Translations under genes and position numbers: made by a program
Shown: in pieces, positions 11,647-51,528 of the stretch
Numbering within the stretch: position 1 is the stretch's first letter
Layout: every line of letters begins with the position of its first letter
From: Macrostomum lignano
Lineage: Eukaryota
Direction of reading: 5' to 3'
DNA: 64,000 nucleotides
NCBI GenBank assembly: GCA_002269645.1
Contig: NIVC01000764.1
Location: 1-64,000, forward strand
The notes under the pieces: model-generated
Told to the model about the DNA's origin: nothing
The model's database searches: none
Seen by the model: only the letters and a program-made list of their open reading frames with translations

Positions 11647-13142
11647 ATGCGCGAAATTGTTCACATCCAAGCTGGGCAGTGCGGCAATCAAATCGGTGCC
11701 AAGGTAAGCCTTTTGTTGTGTATAAATATTCTATTTTTAGTGAATGTAGCCAATACAGCCAGATTTTCATCTGTTCCGACAGTTCTGGGAGGTGATCTCA
11801 GACGAGCACGGTATTGACCCAACCGGCACCTACCACGGAGACTCGGACCTGCAGCTGGAGCGAATCTCGGTCTACTACACCGAGGCAACGGGCGGCAAGT
11901 ACGTGCCTCGGGCGGTTCTAGTCGACTTGGAGCCCGGCACCATGGAGAGCGTTCGTTCCAGCGCCTTTGGCATGCTGTTCCAGCCCGACAACTTCGTGTT
12001 TGGCAAGAGCGGCGCCGGCAACAACTGGGCCAAGGGTTACTACACCGAGGGCGCCGAGATCATCGAGAAGGTGATGGACGCGGTCAGGAAGGAATGCGAA
12101 GGCTGCGACTGTCTGCAGGGATTTCAGCTCGCCCACTCGCTAGGCGGCGGCACCGGCTCCGGGCTCGGGTCCCTGCTGCTGAGCAAGATCCGGGAGGAGT
12201 ACCCCGACCGAATCATGGCCTCGTTTTCTGTGGTTCCGTCGCCAAAGGTTCGTTGAGCTTTGCGTCTCATTCTTTTTAACTTTATTGCTCAGTCGATTGA
12301 TAAGTTATTCGACAATGCCTAAATTTCAGGTGTCAGACACCGTGGTGGAGCCCTACAACTGCATGCTGGCAATGCACCAGCTGGTTGAAAACACTGACGA
12401 GACCTTTTGTATTGACAATGAGGCTTTGTACTACATCAGCTTTCACACGTTAAAACTGGCCACGCCAAGCTACAGCGACCTAAACCATCTAGTTAGCGCT
12501 GCAATGTCCGGCGTGACCACCTGTCTGCGATTCCCCGGCCAGTTGAACGCTGACCTCAGAAAGCTGGCCGTCAACATGGTGCCGTTCCCCCGCCTGCACT
12601 TCTTTATGCCCGGCTTCGCCCCGCTGACCGCTCGCGGCAGCAGCTCCTACCGACAGGTGAACGTCTCCGAGCTCACCTTGCAAATGTTCGACGCCAAGAA
12701 CATGATGGCCGCCTGCGACCCCAAGCACGGACGCTACCTCACAGTGGCAGCCATCTTCCGCGGCCGAATGTCCACCAAAGAGGTGGAGGAACAGATGCTC
12801 AACCTGCAGAACAAGAACAGCTCGTATTTTGTAGAGTGGATTCCCAATAACATCAAGACTGCCGTTTGCGACATCCCACCGCGTGGTTTGAAAATGTCGG
12901 TGACATTCATCGGCAACTCGACCTCGATCCAGGAGCTGTTCAAGAGAGTCTCTGAGCAGTTCAGCTCAATGTTCAAACGAAAGGCCTTCTTGCACTGGTA
13001 CACTAACGAAGGCATGGACGATCACGAGTTCATGGAGGCCGAGTCCAACGTTAACGACCTGGTCTCCGAGCTGCAGCAGTACCAGGACGCCACGGCTGAC
13101 GACGAGGGCGAATACGAAGAGGAGGAGGAAGAGCTGGAGTAG
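11647..13142 (+). CDS. TUBB: Beta-tubulin, 444 aa, 3 exons (11647-11703, 11783-12247, 12330-13142)
   Basis: [19 protein letters not shown] start, GGGTGSG motif, acidic tail. GT-AG introns of 79 and 82 nt restore a continuous frame of 1335 nt. Confidence 0.97.
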
Positions 13143-13957
13143 CGGGCCTTACTAAGTACTTCAAAATAGCATTTCATAAACATAAGCTTTTAATTACTTG
13201 ATTCGCGTGCCAAATTCTCTATCAATTTCGCTGTCCCGATCGGCTACTATATGGGACCAAACAATCAGCACTTGAGCGCTTTTATTTTAGTCAATAATTG
13301 ACGCCACACAAGAAAGCTTAAACTAGAAATATACATTATACAGGGCAGTAGGAAATGTTCCCACTGAAAGGTAGAGAGTGAGAGCATTTTAACAAGATTT
13401 TGCGTATACCAGCAGGTCTTTTATAAAAGCAAAGCACTTTTAACTAATACGAGTTCTTCTTAACTTCCTTTTTAACTGCCATAGGATTTCTCGTAAGCAG
13501 AAAAAAGTTCAAGTGTTCAATCTTGGCCAATAGTTTAAAAAAGCATTGGTAAAAGATTTAAGAGTCCGCGCAATAAATTATAGTATGATATCATAAATTG
13601 TATTGAAGATTGCTCATAAAAAATGAATAGGAAGGACCATTTTGGCCTCAGATTTCAAACGATATGGATGTTAGACAACTAAGGACTGTAATTTAAATAA
13701 ATGTTTTTGCGATAATAAATAGTGCATTAAAAACACATGTTGATGTCTATTTGATGCAGCTCACTTGCAGCTCTTAGAAAGCTTATGTTTTGTTTACATG
13801 AGCAGTTTTTAACGATTAGTAACAAACAGGATTAAAATTTAGGTGCCAGTTTAGCAACGTAGAAAATAGAATAGATTGTCACACAAAACCCAATCCCATT
13901 CTTTCGGCAAGATAGAGTTTGAGTTCCCGAACAGTAATTGTGCTCAATGTTCGTCGG

Positions 13958-15190
13958 TCACTTGGTCACCAGCTGGAAGTAGCCTCTCCCGAGACTGCCT
14001 CGGCTATTGTTAACAGGCTGCAGAGCGTAGTACTGATGGCGGTGATGCTGCGGCTGCTGCAGATATACGTGATGATGCTGTGGCATCCGGGAACGAACAG
14101 GTACCAGCTTCACCAGCTGGCCTGACGGCTGCTGCGGCGGGCTATACTGCGGCTGCAGCACCTGGAAGTTGGAGTTGGACCTCTGCGAGTTTGTCACGTA
14201 GGTTACCTGAGGTCGCCTGCCATCAACACGGTCCACATCGTCGTAGCTGTTCGACGTCTGAACCCGAAGCGTACCTGGCCGGGCCGCGAATCCTCCGCTG
14301 CTGCGTCCGTTGATGACGCTGCGCTCGTTTAGCAGCGTCGGCGGCCCATTCTGCGACTCGAACACCGCGTAGGTGGCTCCGGCAGGCACGTCGTCGTAGT
14401 TGATGACGACCGAGTCGATGGTTCGTTCGGTTCTGCTGCCGCGCTCGTGAGCGGCGGCTTGGCGCTGATCGAAGAACCCATCGTCGGGCATCGATGTGGA
14501 CACTGACGAGGCCCTGACGGTGACGCGGGCCTCCGGGGAGGCGGCTGATCGTCGAGGCTGAACCTGCGACGCCAGGGCCCGCTGGGAGTAGCCCCGTTCG
14601 AGCGGTCCGAATCCCGGGAAACCGCTGTCCGCTGAGAATGACGACATTCGCGGCTCTGTCTGAGATTTCTGCTGTTGCTGTTGCTGCTGCTGAGTGGCCG
14701 CTGCCTGCATGGCCCAGTTGCTGGTGGCCGTCTGTCGCACAGGCGTGTCAGGCAGGTAGTTGGCCTCCTCAGCTGCCAGCCGGCGCTGCTTGTCGATGAG
14801 CCGGGTGGCCTCGGTCAGCGCAGCCGGATCCTTGAATTGCAGCACGGTGATGCATTTCTGATCGAAATCCCGGGTACAGAGCGTCAGCAGGCGCTGCGGT
14901 GTCGGCTGCCTGGGCGAGATGCAGGCCACAATGCGCTGGTACTTGATGTGCTCGAGAGGCATGGAAGCGAACAGGCCGTTCTCGCCCAGCCGCAGGCCAG
15001 TGTTGAACACCGTCAGGCAGGTCCGAACTCGAGCGTTGCTCTTGGCGACTCGCCGGACAAGCTCCTCGGCCTTCTCTGGCCCGAAGTCGTCCTCAGGCCC
15101 GAGCAGAAAGCGGCCGCAGACTTGAATTTTTACTTTGAGCAGCTTCTGCGCCTCAGTTGAAGCGAAGAGCTGCTTCTGACGAGGCTCCAT
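13958..15190 (-). CDS. Uncharacterised ~410-aa protein (globular N-terminal ~140 aa, Q/S/P-rich low-complexity remainder)
   Basis: Long GC-rich ORF with the same codon style as neighbouring genes. First ATG at 15190 (MEPRQK). A pyrimidine-rich AG acceptor at ~15262 lies upstream. The ORF-track start at 15460 is a non-ATG extension. Confidence 0.65.
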   Translation of the reverse strand: MEPRQKQLFASTEAQKLLKVKIQVCGRFLLGPEDDFGPEKAEELVRRVAKSNARVRTCLTVFNTGLRLGENGLFASMPLEHIKYQRIVACISPRQPTPQRLLTLCTRDFDQKCITVLQFKDPAALTEATRLIDKQRRLAAEEANYLPDTPVRQTATSNWAMQAAATQQQQQQQQKSQTEPRMSSFSADSGFPGFGPLERGYSQRALASQVQPRRSAASPEARVTVRASSVSTSMPDDGFFDQRQAAAHERGSRTERTIDSVVINYDDVPAGATYAVFESQNGPPTLLNERSVINGRSSGGFAARPGTLRVQTSNSYDDVDRVDGRRPQVTYVTNSQRSNSNFQVLQPQYSPPQQPSGQLVKLVPVRSRMPQHHHVYLQQPQHHRHQYYALQPVNNSRGSLGRGYFQLVTK

Positions 15191-16014
15191 TTGCAATCTT
15201 GCTTTCTCTCCTGCTTTCGGACTCGCTTTTGGTTTCTTATTTAATGTGTCCAGACTTAAGGCTTGAATGAGCAGAGGAGAAGCACCCCCGCTGCGAGGGG
15301 CCCGATGCCATGCAGTCTCAGAATTGCAGACGGCCTCTGTATTAATGGTTTGGGTTTGGTCCACAATTCGAAAAGCATGAGAATAAGAATGAACCAGGGA
15401 GAGAGCTGTCCTGACAGCGTTCTTCTCCACCACAAATTGAATAGCCTCGCCAGGAGGCAAAAAACTATTTAATTACTTTTCTACTGCAACGCCCACCATT
15501 CTTGTCGTTTTGAGCACAATTGAAGATCTCTGCTCACACTCGCATTATGACTTGCATCTGTTTAGCATTTACACAACTAGCAACTATGAAGTGGCGTGTT
15601 TAGCAAGATATTAAAAGTTTGTCGAGTCTCTAATATTCATTCAATTGGTGGAATTGTTTAGGTGGGGCAGAAATATTTTTGAAATTAATTTCTTTCCTAC
15701 TCTTACAAATATATTGTCAATCAATGCTACTATAGGGAGATGCGGACTCCTTAACCCTTACTTTTCTGATTTAAATATGGTAAAGAATGCAGTTGAATCG
15801 CAACGAGGCACTGTGCAAGATGAATACAGATACGTACGAGTATAGTACTGCCGGTTAACTGAAAGAACGCTTTCATTCTCCGTTTCTATCCCTGGAAGGG
15901 ACAACACTGCAAGGACATCTGCTGTCTGGGTGCACCTCTAATCTGTTTTCAAATTTGCAGCGGAGAGAACTAAGGCTCTCAACTTATTAGTGGTTTCTAT
16001 GGCTTTTCTGTCTA

Positions 16015-16528
<514 letters not shown>

Positions 16529-16914
16529 CTCCTCAGACAAAGGATCTGGGAGGTAGGCAGCTCAGATTGAGGATGTGGGAGGTTGGATATTTCGACCCCG
16601 TATGCGTTGTTTAGTTTTTTATTTACTCATAAATAAAGGCTTTTGACTCTCCCTTTTAACTGATACTGAAGTAGCATTTTATTTCAAGTACATGTATAGT
16701 TCGACATAATGCTATCATGTCAGTGATACGTTCGCATGTACACTGTAATGTCATGTATATAAAATAGCTTCGCAAGCAATTTATTAGCCTTAAATATAAT
16801 TAGCTGTATCGAATGCTGCATTTCCATAATCGTGGTATTGAAAATAAAAAGCTGTCAAACTCCAACCAAAGGGTTCAAGTAAGTGCAATTGTAAAATAAA
16901 GCGCGTGAAACAGA

Positions 16915-17795
16915 TGGAAAGCAGGATGTGGGAAGTGGGTGAGGGGAAGCAGGATATGGGAAGTGGGTGACGGTAAGCAGGATGTGGGAAGTGGGTGACG
17001 GGAAGCAGGATATGGGATGTGGGTGATGGGAAGCAGGATATGGGAAGTGGGTGATGGGAAGCAGGATATGGGAAGTGGGTGACGGTAAGCAGGATATGGG
17101 AAGTGGGTGATGGGAAGCAGGATATGGGAAGTGGGTGACGGTAAGCAGGATATGGGAAGTGGGTGACGGGAAGCAGGATATGGGAAGTGGGTGATGGGAA
17201 GCAGGATATGGGAAGTGGGTGAGGGGAAGCAGGATATGGGAAGTGGGTGACGGTAAGCAGGATATGGGAAGTGGGTGATGGGAAGCAGGATATGGGAAGT
17301 GGGTGACGGTAAGCAGGATATGGGAAGTGGGTGAGGGGAAGCAGGATACGGGAAGTGGGTGAGGGGAAGCAGGATATGGGAAGTGGGTGAGGGGAAGCAG
17401 GATACGGGAAGTGGGTGAGGGGAAGCAGGATATGGGAAGTGGGTGAGGGGAAGCAGGATATGGGAAGTGGGTGAGGGGAAGCAGGATATGGGAAGTGGGT
17501 GACGGTAAGCAGGATATGGGAAGTGGGTGAGGGGAAGCAGGATATGGGAAGTGGGTGAGGGGAAGCAGGATATGGGAAGTGGGTGAGGGGAAGCAGGATA
17601 TGGGAAGTGGGTGAGGGGAAGCAGGATATGGGAAGTGGGTGAGGGGAAGCAGGATATGGGAAGTGGGTGAGGGGAAGCAGGATATGGGAAGTGGGTGAGG
17701 GGAAGCAGGATACGGGAAGTGGGTGAGGGGAAGCAGGATATGGGAAGTTGGTGAGGGGAAGCATAGGATGTGGGAAGTGGGGGAGGGGAAGCAGG
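16915..17795. repeat. 28-bp minisatellite (GGGAAGCAGGATATGGGAAGTGGGTGAG), ~31 copies
   Basis: Visible 28-nt periodicity, which gives a 28-aa periodicity in the spurious ORFs. Confidence 0.95.
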
Positions 17796-18534
17796 AAACA
17801 TGAAGTTGTAACGCAAACGCGAGCGGTAACAACACAGGGAACAATTGCTCAAAAATCGGTCAACTCCATACAAGATGTGCGCGCAAAATAAGGTAAAAAA
17901 TTTTACAACTATCTGAATTTGCCTCAATACATGTAATATTATTCGGTACAAACTATGGACCAGGTGAACAGTAAATTAGCGCTTCACCTTTTCCAGATTT
18001 TTTATCTGAAATCTCATATTCCATGATAATTTGGCATGGGATTTACATGTGTCTTGCATGATTTATTACACAAAGCTGTCAGCAAATCTAATAAAGTTGG
18101 GAACACAGCACTGATGTAAGACAGTTTCACAGAGTTTAAGATATGCTTTGAGTAGCGCAATGCAAACAGCTGTAAGCTCAATGATAGCCAGTCATAGGAG
18201 GTCCATAAACACTTGAAGACCCTGTTATAACTTTATAGCACTAAACAGACAATTTTTAGTCATCCGACACTACTTTGTAAGTAGAGAGTGTAGAATGTGA
18301 CGCGAAAAGCTTGAATGGCGGGCAAAAAAATGTCGCAATGATTCAAGTTCTGTTCAGCCTAGCTGCTGAAGTCTACAGGGACAGCATGGCTCTTCTAAAT
18401 GATATTCGTAGGTACAGACGGCAAGAAATTGTCCATTTAACCAAAACCACGGCCTATCTGTGAAGTGTTCTGTCCTCTGTGCTACTACCGATGGTCATTG
18501 GAGTTTTGCGCGTTCGCCCGCTTTCTCGGCCATT

Positions 18535-44480
<25,946 letters not shown>

Positions 44481-45479
44481 TTCTGAGTCCCGTGCGATGA
44501 GGCGCAGAGGCTGCAGTCAAGCCTTTGGCGTGCGTCTAGACTGAAAAATGTGCCGGGGCCGGCTTGTATTCGACAACTTGATGAAGCCCCAATAGCAGCC
44601 TCCTAAACTAGCCGTTCAATATTATTCTTCTCAAGCTGCTATTCAAACCCGACATTGTTGGCCGGAACTGACGACGAACTAAGGATGCTGACAGTGAGCA
44701 TCGACAGGGATTAGAGGCTGGGAGGTAAAAACGGCCCTGCACTAGAAGGCACTCGTGGAACCTGGGAGAGATTTGGAAATGGGCTGCAAAAATTTTTTTT
44801 GAGGATTCTGGGGATTCCCCGGGAGCTCTTCTGCCGGCCCTGTCCCCTTCTTCCCCTGTCTGTTTGTTCCCACCTCTGCTTTAAGCCGGGCATTGCAGCC
44901 GCTGGCCGAAGCAAAACACGAGCTGCCCCCTCCTCCCCCCCACCGTTCCAGTCGCTGCCCCCGTGCGGAATGAAGAAGCGCTCGGTCCCTGCATTCATGC
45001 TTCCACTCTCCCGCTCTCTCGCTTCACCCCCAGCCCCCTTGCCTGCCCCTCCGGCCCAGCTGCAGCTGCTGTTTGGCCCCCTGACAGGGCAGGCCGAGGC
45101 CACGGGGCTCTGATAAGTCCACAGCCTCCTGTACTGCAGCTCGTAGCCCAACCTGGCCTGGGTTTTTTTCTCCCCAATAGCTGGTCGTCCTGCCTCAGCC
45201 CCCGGGGCAGTCGGAGCAGGAGACTTTCGGTGCACCTTTATGTCAGCAGCACGTGCCAAGTGGCGCGAGCTTTTGGAAGATGAAGAATGCCTTGGAGGCT
45301 GGAAAGCATTTTCTTAGACATGGGAATTTGAGCGGTAGTTTATTATCTCTTCAGAAAGATTATTCTGAATCAAGAGTCGCTGAACTTTCACTTTCTAAAC
45401 GATCATTAATATAAATTTGTTTGGGTCATTCGTTTTGCACGACTTAAAGATAAGGCTTTACTATTTTACTATTGTGTAA

Positions 45480-45770
45480 AGTATAGAGGAATTATAGAGG
45501 AGTTATAGAGGAATTATGGAGGAATTATATAGGAATTATAGAGGAATTATGGAGAAATTGTAAGGGAATTATAGGAGGAATTATGGAGGAATTATGGAGG
45601 AATTATAGGGGAATTATAAAGGAATTATAGAGGAATCATGGGGGAATTACAGAGGAATCATGGAGTAATTATGGGGGAATTATAGAGGAATTATAGGGGA
45701 ATTATAAATGAATTATAGAGGAATCATGGGGGAATTACAGAGGAATTATGGAGGAATTATGGGGGAAATA
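45480..45770. repeat. 11-12-bp purine-rich repeat (GAGGAATTATA-like)
   Basis: About 25 degenerate copies. Confidence 0.88.
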
Positions 45771-47089
45771 AGCGACCTCACCTGCCGAACTCAACGCAGC
45801 TCGATAAATAAGTGTATATCGCAAAACAGCGAGGTTTTCGGGGTCACGGGGGGTGTTCGTTCTGCTTCACTTCGGAGACTTTGGTTTGGACAAAAATCGC
45901 CTCAACCTGGGAAGAATGAATGAACTGCAGGCGAGTGCGGACTGTGGGAGGGAGACAGGGGATTGGGAATAATTACTTTTTATCAGAGCCCCGAGCCGAA
46001 GGGAAGAGAAAGGGAGACGGGAGCCGGCAGGGTTGAGCTGGGAGTCTCTCCCAGCCAATGGGGACGGCGGTGTTGAGAAGGAGAGGGAAAGGGATTTGGG
46101 AAATATGAGGAGCAGAACAGCCCGGCCATGTGGCTGCCAAAAATATTCCTCAATTGAATTTTTTTGGTAGACTATAATATGCTCTGGTCTGAGCATCCGT
46201 CTGTAGAAGTACTCTGCAAACTCCTACATCAGGAAGCGCAAACTCACCTTGATAGGGAAGATCAACTTTGGGGATAATTCGCTGGACAAGAGCCTCTACC
46301 AGCAGTTGCAGCGATTTCTGTTCAGTTCGGGCCAACAATGCCGGCATTCGGCTCGGCTCAGAGATTTCACACTCCGCGCTGAGATAACGAGGGAGGGTTG
46401 GGGGAGCAGGGGCGGGGCTTGGGGTGTCCACCCGCCTTAGATTTCATGTTCACAGCTGGGCCACAATCGGCCGCTTCCCGACACAATCACACAGAACTGG
46501 CCCCTTCTTGCTTTTCCCAATTTTTTTTTCCGGGTCATTTTTTTTTCAGTACGAACTGAGGCAGTTGTGCCGCCGCTGCGGGGGGGGTGGGGGCGAGCTG
46601 CACAGATGAGGACACAGTGTTTACGGGGGAGAGAGGTACTACTGGGGGGAAGAGGGTGGAGGCAAGTCCCGGCTCACAATAATAGGATCTGCTCATGTGC
46701 CTTATGCATATAGCTGGTGGCCTCTAGAAGTCAGTCACACAAGCGCGCTCTCCCAGCCATTTCGTTTAAGCCTCCCTGCCCTCCCGGGTTACTACCACTG
46801 CTCAAAAGCATGCAGAAATGTGCGCGTGCGTTCCCTCTGATTCCAATGCACAAATCGAGCATTTTTTAGCTGAAAATGCGAATTCGAGGCTACAGCAGAT
46901 AGTCAAATGTTTCAGCTGTAGTTGCCACATCAACAGTTAATGACATCAGGCCAAGCGACTGAGTGAGCACTTGCAAGTTAATGAGTTGGTCGATTCTCTC
47001 AGGCCCAGGCAGAAAATTTTTTTATGCGTTTGCTAACCGGGCGCAAATGAAAAAAGCACTTATTGATGAGGCTAATGGACTGTTGTATC

Positions 47090-47990
47090 CGCGTATGTTT
47101 ATTTCTGTAACTTCTATTCTGCTATATTCTATTTATAGCATATATCTGCAACTGTTATATCCGTGATTATTATATCCGTGACTGTTATACCTGTGATTAT
47201 TATATCTGTGACTGTTATATCTGTGACTGTTATATCTGGGACATTTATATCTGTGACTGTTATATCTGTGACTGTTATATCTGTGATTATTATATCTGTG
47301 ACTGTTATATCTGTGACTGCTATATCTGGGACATTTATATCTGTGACTGTTATATCTGTGACTGTTATATCTGTGACTGTTATATCTGAGACTGGTATAT
47401 CTGTTACTGTTATATCTGTGACTGCTATATCTGGGACATTTATATCTGTGACTGTTATATCTGAGACTGGTATATCTGTTACTGTTATATCTGTGACTGC
47501 TATATCTGAGACATTTATATCTGTGACTGTTATATCTGTGACTGTTATATCTGAGACTGGTATATCTGTGACTGTTATATCTGTGACTGCTATATCTGGG
47601 ACATTTATATCTGTGACTGGTATATCTTTAACTGGTATATCTGTGACTGGTATATCTGTGACTGTTATATCTGTGACTGGTATATCTGTGACTGTTATAT
47701 CTGTGACTGGTATATCTGTGACTGTTATATCTGTGACTGTTAATCTGATTGTTACATGTATATCTGTGACTGGTATATCTGTGACATTTATATCTGTGAC
47801 TGGTATATCTGTGACTGGTATATCTGTGACTGTTATATCTGTGACTGTTATATCTGTGACTGTTATATTTGAGACTGGTATATCCGTTACTGTTATATCT
47901 GTGACTGTTATATTTGAGACTGGTATATCCGTTACTGTTATATCTGTGACTGGTATATCTGTGATTGTTATACCCGTGGCTTGCAGAACC
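47090..47990. repeat. 15-bp minisatellite (TATATCTGTGACTGT)
   Basis: About 55-60 copies. It produces the spurious ISVTV ORF. Confidence 0.95.
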
Positions 47991-48437
47991 GTGACTGTTA
48001 CAGCCTTAGCTACTTGTACTATCCTGGGTAAACAAAAACTGCAGACTTAAAGCAAAAATCCCGGGACCTTTATCTTTTTGCAAGCCGTCAACACAGAGCA
48101 TCCTCCAGCAGCCGACCTCCCCCAGCCCTTACTCGCTACCTTTTTGTCCTTTTTAGCGTTCGAAGTTCGCTGCGCTTACTGCTATTGACTGTAGCAACAG
48201 GAACGGTAACTGAGACTGTGCCGAAGGAAGAGGTCGGAGCCTGGCTAAGAGGAACTGCTGCTTTCTGAAGCTCGGTTCAGCCTCTTAGCAACGGCACGAG
48301 GACTCGATTTACAAAGAGTCCATATCGGCTGGCTTGCTGCTTCAAAGCTCGCAAAGGGGGGGCGTCTTCGGCACAATTGACTGCCGCTTTGGGATGAGAC
48401 AGAGGTTGAATTGACTTTGTTATTAGCCACTGCAGTG

Positions 48438-48770
<333 letters not shown>

Positions 48771-49524
48771 ACACGGGAGCATTCTCTATTCTATTGTAAT
48801 GCGCACAGAAGCTGCTGATTTCGGCTCTTTATCATCGCTGCAGAATCCCAAGGGTACCTGAGAGCTGATGAAGCATTGCGTGTTTCGGCTTGCTGAAATC
48901 GTTAAGAATTTTAATTGATCAGCTAATTGGAAAAAATCGAAAAAACAAGTCAGAATATCTTCGCCATTCTACAAGCGTGTATCTTAAATCAAAAGTATCC
49001 AATACTGAGGTCACGTGACCAATCTTGCCATCTTGGCGATCTCCGAAGAAAAGCTACTTTATTTTTCCCCGCGAGAGCGGCCCCTCTCGGCCTCTCATTG
49101 ATCCATGGCCGGAGGAGAAGTATTTCTGCCGCAAAAGAAGACGCAGAAGCGGGAGCACGAAGTGTTGCAAAAAAAGCCCCCCTTATCCGGCTTGAGAATT
49201 TTCGGGTAGTCACTCCGCCTTGGGGGATAAATGTTATGGCCTCGGAGGGAGCTGTGTTAATCCCCTAGTCTAGCAGTTAGCTGTGGGATCGATTTGAGCG
49301 GCTCTGCGCTCCGGTTCCAGGGAAAATGAGTGCTTTAGTATCTGCAGCATTTAGAGCTGCTGCCTCTGGACATTCAAAGATGGCTGCCAAACAATCAAAA
49401 AAATCTTTGTGGCTTCCCGGTTCCGGCCGTAGCACTGCGGATGCGAGGGGACCGCGGATTCGCTGTTTAATTGTTCCCAAACAGTGGCTCACAGGCTGAG
49501 TGAAGCCTTGAGGGGTCGGGGCTG

Positions 49525-51225
49525 GAAGCAACAATAATCAGGGCTGAAAGCAGCAATAATCAGGGCTGAAAGCAGCAATAATCAGAGCTGGAAGCAACAA
49601 TAATCAGGGCTGAAAGCAGCAATAATCAGGGCTGGAAGCAACAATAATCAGGGCTGAAAGCAGCAATAATCAGGGCTGAAAGCAGCAATAATCAGGGCTG
49701 GAAGCAACAATAATCAGGGCTGAAAGCAGCAATAATCAGGGCTGAAAGCAGCAATAATCAGAGCTGGAAGCAACAATAATCAGGGCTGAAAGCAGCAATA
49801 ATCAGGGCTGGAAGCAACAATAATCAGGGCTGAAAGCAGCAATAATCAGGGCTGAAAGCAGCAATAATCAGAGCTGGAAGCAACAATAATCAGGGCTGAA
49901 AGCAGCAATAATCAGGGCTGGAAGCAACAATAATCAGGGCTGAAAGCAGCAATAATCAGGGCTGAAAGCAGCAATAATCAGAGCTGGAAGCAACAATAAT
50001 CAGGGCTGGAAGCAACAATAATCAGGGCTGGAAGCAGCAAGCAGCAGAGCTGAAAGCAACAATAATCGGAGCTGAAAGCAACAATAATCAGGGCTGGAAG
50101 CAACAATAATCAGGGCTGAAAGCAACAATAATCAGAGCTGAAAGCAACAATAATCAGGGCTGAAAGCAACAGTAATCGGAGCTAAAAGCAACAATAATCA
50201 GGGCTGGAAGCAGCAAGAAGCAGAGCTGAAAGCAACAATAATCGGAGCTGAAAACAACAATAATCAGAGCTGGAAGCAGCAAGCAGCAGAGCTGAAAGCA
50301 GCAAGCAGCAGAGCTGAAAGCAACAATAATCGGAGCTGAAAGCAACAATAATCAGGGCTGGAAGCAACAATAATCAGGGCTGAAAGCAACAATAATCAGA
50401 GCTGGAAGCAACAATAATCAGGGCTGAAAGCAACAATAATCAGGGCTGGAAGCAACAATAATCAGGGCTGAAAGCAACAATAATCAGAGCTGGAAGCAAC
50501 AATAATCAGGGCTGAAAGCAACAATAATCAGGGCTGAAAGCAACAGTAATCGGAGCTGAAAGCAACAATAATCAGGGCTGGAAGCAGCAAGAAGCAGGGC
50601 TGAAAGCAGCAAGAAGCAGAGCTGAAAACAACAATAATCAGGGCTGGAAGCAGCAAGCAGCAGAGCTGAAAGCAACAATAATCAGGGCTGGAAGCAGCAA
50701 GCAGCAGAGCTGAAAGCAACAATAATCAGGCTGAAAGCAACAATAATCAGAGCTGAAAGCAACAATAATCAGGCTGAAAGCAACAATAATCAGAGCTGAA
50801 AGCAACAATAATCAGGCTGAAAGCAACAATAATCAGGGCTGAAAGCAACAATAATCAGAGCTGGAAGCAACAATAATCAGAGCTGGAAGCAGCAAGAAGC
50901 AGAGCTGGAAGCAGCAAGCAGCAGAGCTGAAAGCAACAATAATCAGAGCTGGAAGCAGCAAGAAGCAGAGCTGGAAGCAGCAAGAAGCAGAGCTGGAAGC
51001 AGCAAGAAGCAGAGCTGGAAGCAACAATAATCAGAGCTGGAAGCAACAATAATCAGAGCTGGAAGCAGCAAGAAGCAGAGCTGGAAGCAGCAAGAAGCAG
51101 AGCTGGAAGCAACAATAATCAGAGCTGGAAGCAACAATAATCAGAGCTGGAAGCAGCAAGAAGCAGAGCTGAAAGCAGCAAGAAGCAGAGTTGGAAGCAG
51201 CAAGCAGCAGAGCTGAAAGCAACTG
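49525..51225. repeat. 22-bp minisatellite (AATAATCAGGGCTGAAAGCAGC), ~77 copies
   Basis: Variant units shift progressively along the array. Confidence 0.96.
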
Positions 51226-51528
51226 GGATCGGAGCTGGTCACAAGAATTTATGACGTTTGAGAAGCACAGAAGATTCCAAGAATTTGAGATCCTTAGACC
51301 AATCTCATTGAAATCATTTGCTTCCAGGAGAAATTTTACAAGAAACAAGAGCACGAGTCAGTTTTTGGATGCCGCGCTTTCAATTCCCCTGCCGCATGCC
51401 GGTTTATCGCGAACAAACAGACGAGACTGATAGATCTCCATTCTGCCGTTATCTCAGTGCCGGCAGAACTACCAGAAACTCCTATTTAACAGCTCGATAA
51501 TCCTGGCTTTCACCCCGGCCGTCCGGAA

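Noticed and set aside
1-13142. VLIG GTPase plus HINT plus tubulin as a functional defence cluster
   Set aside because: They are separated by kilobases of TE debris and lie on different strands, with no shared regulation visible. Adjacency alone is not evidence in a eukaryote.
47163-48050. 295-aa (ISVTV)n ORF resembling a pentapeptide or beta-helix protein
   Set aside because: It is a 15-bp minisatellite with no ATG or non-repeat domain. Coding cannot be supported without expression data.
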